A stretch of DNA of 64,000 nt from positions 7,866 to 71,865 of the forward strand of contig JAITPR010000032.1 of the NCBI GenBank assembly GCA_031289315.1. The letters run 5' to 3'. A program made the translations under genes and the position numbers. This stretch comes from Clostridiaceae bacterium. GTDB taxonomy: Bacteria > Bacillota > Clostridia > Christensenellales > CAG-917. The notes below the pieces were generated by a model, which searched no databases, was not told where the DNA came from, and saw only the letters and a list, made by a program, of their open reading frames with translations. Positions 1 to 7,864 of the stretch are shown piece by piece. The stretch's first letter is position 1. Each line of letters begins with the position of its first letter.

Positions 1-30
1 TGCAAATTTGATTTCAAATTGACTTTTTAA

Positions 31-56
31 GGATTGTCAACACATTGTCCACGCCC
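31..56. repeat. Remnant of MITE-like element arm(s) (ggattgtcaacac + attgtccacgccc)
   Basis: Matches the right terminal arm (GAATTGTCCACRCCC) of the family seen intact at 10 other sites; no partner arm. Confidence 0.35.
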
Positions 57-114
57 TATCGCTGGCGGAAACACGGATATGTCGCGGGGTAATCGGACGC
101 AGCTTCCATTTGAC

Positions 115-1092
115 TTAAAATTCCACGCCGAGTTGTCGGTTAGCTTCTTCAAGCACGCCCATCACCGCGACGGTAACGGCTTCGGACATGAGGGGACTTT
201 CGGTTGCGCCGGCTAAGAGGAGGGCGTTGAAGTGCTTTATCTCATAGGTGAAGTCCGGGAAGGGAAAGCGGTAATGCTTAGGCAAAAGCCGGCCGTTTTT
301 AAAGACCTTAAAGCCGGTACCCCAATGGAAGTGAGGGATTTTGATTTTGCCGTTTTCGCCTTCGATTACAAAGCCAAATTTAAGAGGCTTTGCAGTTGAG
401 GAGCTGCGCAAGAGCGCTTTTGTGCCGTCTGCGTATGTAAGGGTAATGGTGCAATCAGTGTCCACGCCGTTTTGAACGACGCCTTTCGCCGATACGCTTT
501 CGGGCGCGCCCTTTAAAAAATGCGAATAAGCCGCGTTATACACCATTAAATCGAGCATGGTACCGCCTCCGCGAGCCTTGTCGAACACGCGGTGCTTTTT
601 GTTGGTGAAGATACCGATCATGGCGCCTGTCATAGAGGTAATTTTGCCGATTTCGCCGGCGTGTATCACTTCGAGTAGCTTTTCCGTACACGGAATAAAG
701 CGCGTCCACATGGCTTCCATGACAAGCTTATCGGCAGTTCTTGCCGCCGCGAACATCTCTTCGGCTTCGGCGACGGTTAGGGCGAAAGCCTTTTCACACA
801 ATACTGGAAAGCCGGCTTTTAAAAATGCGACGGTGTTTTTCACGTGGTCGTTCATGTTTGTGCATACGTAAACGGCGTCCGCCCCGTTAGAGGTAAGAAA
901 TTCATCGTAAGTGTAGGCGGCTTCCAACCCGTAGCGCTGCTTGAAAGCCTCCGCGCGTTCCTTTGAGGACGACACGCACGCAGTGACTCTTGCGTTTTCC
1001 ACCTTTGACGCGGCGCGCATGAAGGCATGGGAAATAGAACCCAGTCCGCAAACAGCCCAACGGACTACGGATTTATCGGATATGTCTGACAT
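115..1092 (-). CDS. Gfo/Idh/MocA family NAD(P)-dependent oxidoreductase
   Basis: 325-aa ORF; N-terminal Rossmann motif VCGLGSISHAF, family EK-motif (VLCEKAFAL), C-terminal alpha/beta domain typical of the family. Confidence 0.8.
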   Translation of the reverse strand: MSDISDKSVVRWAVCGLGSISHAFMRAASKVENARVTACVSSSKERAEAFKQRYGLEAAYTYDEFLTSNGADAVYVCTNMNDHVKNTVAFLKAGFPVLCEKAFALTVAEAEEMFAAARTADKLVMEAMWTRFIPCTEKLLEVIHAGEIGKITSMTGAMIGIFTNKKHRVFDKARGGGTMLDLMVYNAAYSHFLKGAPESVSAKGVVQNGVDTDCTITLTYADGTKALLRSSSTAKPLKFGFVIEGENGKIKIPHFHWGTGFKVFKNGRLLPKHYRFPFPDFTYEIKHFNALLLAGATESPLMSEAVTVAVMGVLEEANRQLGVEF

Positions 1093-1132
1093 TTATGTTC
1101 TCCTCCTAATGGATAGTGCGCGCGGCGTATGG

Positions 1133-1972
1133 TTAGACGAACGCCCACCAAACTATTTTGGGATAATCGGGCAGAGGGAAGGAGGTTATTATCAGTCGAC
1201 TCCTGTCCTCTCCGTACGGTTTATTTTCGATTTTTACATGCCCCGCAAAACGTTCCGTATAGGAAATTTTAACGGTATCGCTACTTTTTTCTATCGTTAT
1301 ATCAGAGTTAACTTTGGATTGTTCTATTTCGGCGACGCCGTAATATATTACAGTCACGGGAACCGGAAGCACAGAAAACCCGTATGATTCGCGTAAGTCG
1401 CGTGTTTCATTGAGCCATGTCGTATGCGATAGACCGTTAAAAGCCAGCGACAAGGCAAACAGCACTAGAGTGCAAATAAGAAAGACGCGAAGAGGTTTTT
1501 TAAGAAATTTTTCGCAAGCGGCGGATTCCGCGACGGCGTAGGGCTTAGCGGGTATCAGCGCGGCGAAAAAAGCCATTGCCGCCACCGTAAGGAATAGCGC
1601 GGCAAAGGCGAATATCACTAAGAATAGCAGAAGAGAATTCGCGTATGTGGCGACCGTTATTGCATATATCACGGCAAGTAGTGAGGCAAGCGCGGCAAGC
1701 GCGGACAGAGAAAGTAAGGCTACGGCGATTATTTTGCGTGCGGATAGTGAAAGCGGAGTAGGGCGTTTGAACGCGCGGAACTTAGTTTCTCCGCTTGCAG
1801 TTGCCTGTTCTGAAGTCACCGTGCCGAAAATGTCGCTTGCGGTCGGTTCGTCGCCCCGTCCGCTTTGTGAAGGGCGTACGGGAAGCTTTCCAGTGTCGCA
1901 AGCGGGTTGAGCGGCATTTTGAGAAAATAATGCCTTAAATGATACAATAGACTGTTTTACAAAGGTTTTCAT
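1133..1972 (-). CDS. Hypothetical membrane protein (3-4 TM helices, C-terminal extracytoplasmic domain)
   Basis: 279-aa ORF with long hydrophobic stretches (IIAVALLSLSALAALASLLAVIYAI, LLLFLVIFAFAALFLTVAAMAFFAALI, VFLICTLVLFALSLAF); no family recognised. Confidence 0.55.
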   Translation of the reverse strand: MKTFVKQSIVSFKALFSQNAAQPACDTGKLPVRPSQSGRGDEPTASDIFGTVTSEQATASGETKFRAFKRPTPLSLSARKIIAVALLSLSALAALASLLAVIYAITVATYANSLLLFLVIFAFAALFLTVAAMAFFAALIPAKPYAVAESAACEKFLKKPLRVFLICTLVLFALSLAFNGLSHTTWLNETRDLRESYGFSVLPVPVTVIYYGVAEIEQSKVNSDITIEKSSDTVKISYTERFAGHVKIENKPYGEDRSRLIITSFPLPDYPKIVWWAFV

Positions 1973-2083
1973 TTATTAATAGTATATCCGCATAAATCGT
2001 TTTAGTCAACGTATATCCTATGATAGGGCAAATTTCACCATAAACGCAACCTAACAATGCGAACAAACTGTCGCGTGTAAGAG

Positions 2084-2154
2084 GGGCGTGGATAATCCGC
2101 AGTGATGACTTGCCGGCTAAGAAGATATTTTGTCGCCGCGAATTGTCCACACAC
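2084..2154 (+). mobile_element. MITE-like palindromic element, standard 71-bp form
   Basis: gggcgtggataatccgcagtgatga-cttgccggctaag-aagatatttt-gtcgccgcgaattgtccacacac; flanked by direct repeat gtaagag (2077-2083 / 2155-2161). Confidence 0.7.
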
Positions 2155-2398
2155 GTAAGAGTTCCCGAATTCAAGTAGTCATATGCGGACACCGCCGCGC
2201 ATATCCATTTAAAAGGAAGCATTTGAGCCGTCGTTCAAGTTTGGAGTGCGGGCTGTTCGGCTCCGATTTAAGGGGGAAGTGCGCATCCGTGCTTTTCGGG
2301 CGGTATGGCGCGAAGGTATGTCAAAAATCGACAAGATTCCGTCAAAATTGGCAATTTATACGAGGCATTTATGCTGTATAGTTTTAGGAGAGAAAAAA

Positions 2399-3172
2399 AT
2401 GTTCTACGTGGTTAAGCGACGAAATGTCGTCTTGGTATTATTGCTGGCAGTCTGCTTTGTTGCGGCATCCTTAGGGTTGGCGTTTACGGGAGCGGCGCAA
2501 GTATTTTTCAATCAAAGCATGCGTAAAATACCGGTCTACGCGGTTGAGCCGGACGACGACAAGGTAATTGCGTTGACGTTCGACGCGGCGTGGGGTTCGG
2601 ACAAGACGGAGGATATATTGCGCATTTTGCGGGAAAATGAAATTTCCGATGCGGCGACATTCTTCCTTGTAGGCTTCTGGGTAGACAGATTCCCGGAACT
2701 TGTCAAGAAGATACACGAGCAAGGCATAGAAATAGGCAACCATTCGAACAATCACCTACATATGTCAAAACTGTCGGAGAGCGAAATAGCCAACGAGATA
2801 GCCGCGGTGAACGACGCGGTATACGAGCTTATCGGCAAAAAGCCACAATATTTCCGCGCACCGTTCGGAGAATACAATGACCGCCTTTTGACGGAGGTGG
2901 AAAAGTCGGGAATGGTGGGCGTGCAGTGGAGTGTCGACTCGTTGGACTGGAAGGCATTGCCGGCAAAGGAAACCTGCGACAGGGTGCTGTCGCGTGCTAA
3001 AAGCGGCGACATAGTGCTTTTCCACAATAATTCGGAGTACATTTTGGACATATTGCCGGTGGTGATTATGGGGTTGAAAGCCAAAGGGTTCCGTTTCGTA
3101 TCGCTGGACGAGCTTGTGGCGGTAGACAATTACACAATCGACAACAACGGTATACAGCATAAGGCGCAGTAG
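2399..3172 (+). CDS. Polysaccharide deacetylase (NodB domain), PdaB-like
   Basis: ATG at 2399 follows AGGAGAG; N-terminal TM anchor; NodB motifs TFDAAWG, FFLVGFW, GNHSNNH, RAPFGEY. The longer ORF from 2246 lacks an RBS. Confidence 0.8.
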   Translation: MFYVVKRRNVVLVLLLAVCFVAASLGLAFTGAAQVFFNQSMRKIPVYAVEPDDDKVIALTFDAAWGSDKTEDILRILRENEISDAATFFLVGFWVDRFPELVKKIHEQGIEIGNHSNNHLHMSKLSESEIANEIAAVNDAVYELIGKKPQYFRAPFGEYNDRLLTEVEKSGMVGVQWSVDSLDWKALPAKETCDRVLSRAKSGDIVLFHNNSEYILDILPVVIMGLKAKGFRFVSLDELVAVDNYTIDNNGIQHKAQ

Positions 3173-3257
3173 GCGGAGCCGCAGACGGAAGAAAGAATGA
3201 TAGGCGGATATGCCGCATAATACGGAACAAAAAACAATAGTCGAATACGGATTGCAT

Positions 3258-3308
3258 GGGGAGGATTTCCCCCTCGTGTCACCCTGAGCGGAGTGCGGCG
3301 CGCCGCAC
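3258..3308 (+). repeat. Copy of dispersed motif family 2 (GGGAGG-ATTTCCCCC-TCGTGTCACCCTGAGCGGAG + GC palindrome)
   Basis: ggggaggatttccccctcgtgtcaccctgagcggagtgcggcgcgccgcac; related modules at 4547, 12482-12812, 17812, 29682-29794. Confidence 0.6.
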
Positions 3309-3642
3309 ACAGACGAATGGGGTCCCTAATGGGTGCATAAACCCTTACGTGACGCCTCAATGCAATCCGCATAAAATCGGTGGCTGTTGCCGTGGACGGA
3401 GAAGTCTTCATCTTCGATATATGGGACCCATTCGACACGAGAACGTTTCGGTTATCACCGCAACGTTCTCGGCTCATGGTGGCAATCTTCGCGAAATACG
3501 ACTTCACTTAAGGTAACAGTCCACGCCAAATCGGCATAAAATTAAAAAGGCTTAAACCCGCACAGCGTGCGGGCAAGTAAATAAAAAACATCCGGCAATC
3601 GTAATAAATACTTTGCGGCTTGCCAAAAGAAAAGGGAAAACT

Positions 3643-4284
3643 ATGAACATCATGAATGAGGAAATCACCAGTAATAAGGTTTATCTCTGCGGACACATTG
3701 TCGGCGAACCGGTATATAGCCACGAGGTTTGGGGGGAGGGCTTTTATGACGCGTCGCTTTCGGTAAAACGTCTAAGTGGGCAGGACGATATAATTCCGCT
3801 TACGGTTTCGGAAAGGCTGCTAATAGGGCGGTCTTCGGCGGATGGTAACGCCGTTGCGTTGAATGGGCAATTCAGAAGCTACAACAAAATTGAAGACGGT
3901 AAATCGCGGCTGATTTTGACGGTATTCGTGCGCGAATTTATAGAAGCGGAGGAGAGCCGCAATCCGAATACCGTTGAACTTCACGGATATGTGTGCAAGC
4001 CGCCAATTTTTAGGGTAACGCCGTTCAAGCGCGAGATATGCGATATACTTATAGCGGTTAACCGCGCCTATAACAAGTCCGATTATATACCGTGCATAGC
4101 GTGGGGCAGAAATGCGCGGTATGCGGGAAACTTTGCCGTGGGTGACCGCGTGGAGGTAGCCGGACGCATACAGTCGCGCGACTATCAAAAATTTGTAGGT
4201 GAACAGGCGGTAAAAAAGACGGCTTTTGAGGTTTCAATAGGAAAAATCCTTTCAGATAACGGTTATATAGATATAAATCAATAA
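3643..4284 (+). CDS. SSB-like protein with two OB folds, no acidic C-terminal tip
   Basis: ATG 3643 after AAAGGGAAAA. The second half (VELHGYVCKPPIFRVTPFKREICDILIAVNR...IPCIAWGRNARYAGNFAVGDRVEVAGRIQSRDY) follows the SSB OB-fold pattern. The first half is a diverged copy. Confidence 0.6.
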   Translation: MNIMNEEITSNKVYLCGHIVGEPVYSHEVWGEGFYDASLSVKRLSGQDDIIPLTVSERLLIGRSSADGNAVALNGQFRSYNKIEDGKSRLILTVFVREFIEAEESRNPNTVELHGYVCKPPIFRVTPFKREICDILIAVNRAYNKSDYIPCIAWGRNARYAGNFAVGDRVEVAGRIQSRDYQKFVGEQAVKKTAFEVSIGKILSDNGYIDINQ

Positions 4285-4343
4285 CTTAATAATAAAATAA
4301 ATTAAGCAATAAATAAATTAATAACATATTAAGTTATATATTT

Positions 4344-4388
4344 CCCCGTTGCTGTCCCTCCGATAAGGGACAGCAACGGGGAATTTTC
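4344..4388 (+). terminator. Rho-independent-type terminator hairpin after SSB-like gene
   Basis: ccccgttgctgtccct-ccgataa-gggacagcaacgggg (15-16 bp stem) followed by aattttc. Confidence 0.55.
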
Positions 4389-4459
4389 TAATGCGGTCTG
4401 ACAGCATGGGGCGCATTAATTCCGTGCAGATTTGTCATCCTAAACGAAGTTATATTCCG

Positions 4460-4528
4460 GGTGTGGACAATTCGCGGTGACACAATATTTTTTGGGAAGG
4501 CAAGTCTTAACCGCTGATTGTCCACTCC
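4460..4528 (-). mobile_element. MITE-like palindromic element, standard 69-bp form (reverse polarity)
   Basis: ggtgtggacaattcgcggtgaca...ggcaagt...ccgctgattgtccactcc; perfect 10-bp flanking direct repeat ttatattccg (4450-4459 / 4529-4538). Confidence 0.75.
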
Positions 4529-4546
4529 TTATATTCCGTGCCGATT

Positions 4547-4630
4547 GTCACCGTGAGCAGACCCATGAATAAGGTCGTAGTCGAAAGGTCCCCTTGCGCG
4601 AAGCCGCATACGCTTACGTCCACGGCAAAG
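4547..4630 (+). repeat. Mosaic copy of motif family 2
   Basis: gtcaccgtgagc ... gtagtcgaaaggtcccc ... gccgcatacgcttacgtccacggcaaag; sub-modules shared with 12771-12900, 17812-17960 and (inverted) 3390-3410. Confidence 0.45.
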
Positions 4631-4750
4631 TTCCCCCGCTTTGATTTGGCGAAGCCCCCGTTAAAATTTTTTCGTCGATGTCCTTTAAAGAATTGTATTT
4701 AACTTGCTTTATCTTCTAAATTAATATATAATACGTGCGCGAGGTGTGAA

Positions 4751-5548
4751 TTGGAGATAGGAGTTTCTACCGCTACGTTTTTCGGCAAGGCATACACGGA
4801 GGACGCGCTCAAAATAATATCGGGGCTTAAAACCGGAGTCGCGGAGGTTTTCCTTGCGACTTTTTCGGAGTTTGAGCCGGAATTCGCGGATAGACTTTTA
4901 CAAAACAAGCGCGCGGGGTTGAGAGTACATTCCGTGCATTCTTGCAACACAATTTATGAGCCGCAGTTATTCAACCGGAGTCCGCGCGCACAAGGGGACG
5001 CGTTTGTCTATTTTAAAAAGGTCATAGACATTGCGGCGGCGATAGGCGCCAATGCCAACACCTTTCACGGCGCCACGCGCAACAAATATTTGAGTGCGCA
5101 CAACTACGATTTTAAAGCAGTCGGCTACGTCATGGAGGAGCTGATTAATTATTCGTCGGCAAAGGGCGTGGACGTTACGTTTGAGAACGTGTATTGGGCG
5201 ATGTTTGCCGAACCGGAGTTTTTCCGCAAATTAAAGGAGTATTCGCCGCGTTTGCGTTCCTGTTTGGATATTAAGCAGGCGGTGCGGTCGGGGTATTCGG
5301 TCTATGAATATATAAAGGCGATGGGCGACACAATAAAAACCGTTCACGTATTGGATCTAACTGTCGACGGTGAAACCTGCCTTCCCGGCAGAGGAAGTTT
5401 TGATTTTTACGGGCTGTTTTCCGCGCTTTACGACGTAAATCCGGATGTACCCGTAATGCTGGAGCAATACCCGGAGGACTTTGCCGCCGCGTCCGAAATC
5501 GACGACGCGATAGACTACCTAAACGGCATACTGGCGCGCGTGAAGTAA
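4751..5548 (+). CDS. Sugar phosphate isomerase/epimerase (xylose isomerase-like TIM barrel)
   Basis: 265-aa ORF, TTG start after GAGGTG; overall pattern (IGVSTATF..., VHSVH, FHG, FENV, LDIKQ) fits the AP-endonuclease-2/xylose-isomerase-like barrel family. Confidence 0.7.
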   Translation: MEIGVSTATFFGKAYTEDALKIISGLKTGVAEVFLATFSEFEPEFADRLLQNKRAGLRVHSVHSCNTIYEPQLFNRSPRAQGDAFVYFKKVIDIAAAIGANANTFHGATRNKYLSAHNYDFKAVGYVMEELINYSSAKGVDVTFENVYWAMFAEPEFFRKLKEYSPRLRSCLDIKQAVRSGYSVYEYIKAMGDTIKTVHVLDLTVDGETCLPGRGSFDFYGLFSALYDVNPDVPVMLEQYPEDFAAASEIDDAIDYLNGILARVK

Positions 5549-5598
5549 ACCGGCTTGTCCCAAACAATAAAAAATAAATCCGCAAAGGGGTTTTGAAT

Positions 5599-7005
5599 AT
5601 GGAAAAAGTATCAATAAAATTCGATTACAACAACATGATGAGTGAGTTCGTAGGGCGTCGCGGCATCAAACGCGAGGAAGTCGCGGCATTAAGCTCAAAG
5701 GCGCAGGAAGCGTTTTACGACGTAGGGCGCGAACGCGGGACCGGCATGCTTGGTTGGACGGAGCTTCCGTACAATCAGGAGGATGCGGTAAAGGATATTT
5801 TATCCGCCGCCGCCCAAATACGCGAAAGGTTTGAAAATTTCGTGGTATTGGGAATAGGCGGTTCGGCATTAGGACCCACCGCGGTATTCACGGCGCTTTG
5901 CCACTTCCGTTACAACGACCTGCCCAAAGAAAAGCGCGGCGGTCCGCGGTTTTTTGTCGAGGATAACGTCGACCCCGAACGCATGAACGCGCTTTTGGAC
6001 GTGATAGACGTGGAAAAGACGTGCTTCAACGTCATTACCAAAAGCGGCGCCACAAGCGAAACTATGAGCCAATATCTCATAATAAGCGAGTTGCTTAAGG
6101 AGAAATTGGGCGACAAGTACCGCGACAACATAGTTGCTACCACGTCCGCCAAAAAGGGGAATTTAATTAAGCTTGCCGCCGACGAGGGTTTTAAAACCTT
6201 TTATATTCCGGAGGGCGTGGGCGGCAGATTTTCCGAGCTTTGCCCGGTAGGGTTGCTTCCCGCCGCCGTGTTGGGTATAGACATAAAGTCGCTTTTGGAC
6301 GGAGCGGCGGCAATGGACGAGAAGTGTTCATCGGCTACATGCACCAAAAATCCCGCGCTCATGGCGGCTGTCTTACAGTATATAGCCATGGAGAAAAAGA
6401 GCGCCAACATTTCCGTAATGATGCCGTATTCGGACGCGCTCAAATACTTTGCCGACTGGTACTGTCAGCTTTGGGGCGAAAGCTTAGGAAAGGCTACGGA
6501 CAAGCGCGGCGAAAAGGTTTACGCGGGGCAAACTCCCGTCAAAGCCTTAGGCGTGACGGACCAACACAGTCAGGTACAGCTTTATGTGGAGGGTCCGTTC
6601 GATAAGGTTATCACGTTTATAGCGGTGGATAAATTCAGAAGCGACGTAACCGTCCCCGCCGGAGCCGAGGCTTTTCCGGACGTGAATTTCCTATGCGGAC
6701 ACACGCTTCAAGAGCTTATAAACACCGAGAGAAAGGCGACGGAGTACGCGCTTACCAAAGCGGGTAGGATGAATAACGCAATAATATTGCCGGAAATAAA
6801 CGCCTATACGGTGGGGCAATTGCTGATGTTTTTCCAACTGGAGACGGCTTATTGCGGAGCACTTCTCAACATTGACACCTTCAATCAACCGGGAGTTGAG
6901 GGAGGAAAAAACGCCACCTACGCGTTGTTTGAGCGTGCGGGCTACGAAGCAAAGAAAGCCGAAATTGATGCCGCGCCTAAGAAAAACGACAAATATATAA
7001 TATAA
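5599..7005 (+). CDS. pgi: Glucose-6-phosphate isomerase (short bacterial type)
   Basis: Motifs VLGIGGSALGP, VITKSGATSET, GVGGRFSEL, TDQHSQVQLYVEGP; ATG 5599 lies 8 nt after AAGGGG. Confidence 0.92.
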   Translation: MEKVSIKFDYNNMMSEFVGRRGIKREEVAALSSKAQEAFYDVGRERGTGMLGWTELPYNQEDAVKDILSAAAQIRERFENFVVLGIGGSALGPTAVFTALCHFRYNDLPKEKRGGPRFFVEDNVDPERMNALLDVIDVEKTCFNVITKSGATSETMSQYLIISELLKEKLGDKYRDNIVATTSAKKGNLIKLAADEGFKTFYIPEGVGGRFSELCPVGLLPAAVLGIDIKSLLDGAAAMDEKCSSATCTKNPALMAAVLQYIAMEKKSANISVMMPYSDALKYFADWYCQLWGESLGKATDKRGEKVYAGQTPVKALGVTDQHSQVQLYVEGPFDKVITFIAVDKFRSDVTVPAGAEAFPDVNFLCGHTLQELINTERKATEYALTKAGRMNNAIILPEINAYTVGQLLMFFQLETAYCGALLNIDTFNQPGVEGGKNATYALFERAGYEAKKAEIDAAPKKNDKYII

Positions 7006-7155
7006 ACCGCAACACTAATTTACGCGGAATTATAATGAATTCGTCGACAAAAGTCGCCGGTAAAATCCGACACACGCCGCCGGTAGTCCGACAAAAGCCG
7101 ACGATAAACCTGACATAAACTGTCGGTAAACCCGCCCACTGCGGCAAAGGTCGCA

Positions 7156-7752
7156 ATGCCGAACATGAAAAACAAACGAAGCTATAATTTTTACGCGCTG
7201 CTGTCGCGCATGCGGTATATCGAAAGATGGCCTCTAATGCGCAATACTCAAAAGGAAAACATACTGGAGCACAGCGCGGATGTGGCGATATTCGCACAAG
7301 CGTTGGCAATCATCGACAACGAGATTTTTGGCGGCGACGCGGATGTAAATTTAGCCGGTTCGCTGGCGCTTTACCACGACGTTTCGGAGGTGATAACGGG
7401 CGACCTTGCGACACCCGTCAAATACTTCAATACGGAAATCAAGAAGGCGTATAAGGATTTGGAGCGCGTTGCGGAGGACAAGCTTATGTCCATGCTGCCG
7501 CTGGCGCTTGCCAAACGTTATGAAAAGCTAATGCGTCCGGACGTCGGTATATACGAGTACAAGCTTGTGAAAGCGGCGGATAAAATATCGGCATACCTAA
7601 AGTGTGTTGACGAGTTAAGTGCCGGCAACAACGAGTTTTCGCTTGCGGCGGATAAGCTAAGGTCGCAGATAGCCGAATTGAAATGCCGTGAAGCCGACTA
7701 TTTTCTGGAAAACTTCACGGACGGATACGGCAAGCCGTTGGACACGCTGTAA
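7156..7752 (+). CDS. yfbR: 5'-deoxynucleotidase, YfbR-like HD-domain phosphohydrolase
   Basis: Co-linear with E. coli YfbR as I recall it: RMRYIERWPLMRN, ENILEHS, LYHDVSEVITGDLATPVKYFN, KAADKISAYLKCVDELSAGNNEF. Confidence 0.85.
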   Translation: MPNMKNKRSYNFYALLSRMRYIERWPLMRNTQKENILEHSADVAIFAQALAIIDNEIFGGDADVNLAGSLALYHDVSEVITGDLATPVKYFNTEIKKAYKDLERVAEDKLMSMLPLALAKRYEKLMRPDVGIYEYKLVKAADKISAYLKCVDELSAGNNEFSLAADKLRSQIAELKCREADYFLENFTDGYGKPLDTL

Positions 7753-7754
7753 AC

Positions 7755-7824
7755 GAGTTTGGACAATCGCGGTGACGACTTGCCTGCCAAGAAAATATTT
7801 TATCACTGCGAATTGTCTACACCA
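7755..7824 (+). mobile_element. MITE-like palindromic element, standard 70-bp form
   Basis: gagtttggacaatcgcggtgacga-cttgcctgccaag-aaaatatttt-atcactgcgaattgtctacacca; perfect 8-bp TSD ctgtaaac (7747-7754 / 7825-7832), the first copy holding the yfbR stop codon. Confidence 0.8.
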
Positions 7825-7864
7825 CTGTAAACAACAAAAACGATTTTAAGACTACGGAGAAATA

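Noticed and set aside
1935-2222. 95-aa minus-strand ORF and the overlapping 2130-2381 + ORF
   Set aside because: Both traverse the MITE copy at 2084-2154 in a divergent promoter region and have no RBS. They are likely spurious.
4344-4381. Shared loop motif (c)tccgata(a)ggga in the terminator hairpins at 4344-4381 and 20731-20759, as a possible third repeat family
   Set aside because: There are only two instances and about 10 shared nucleotides. That is insufficient to distinguish from chance.
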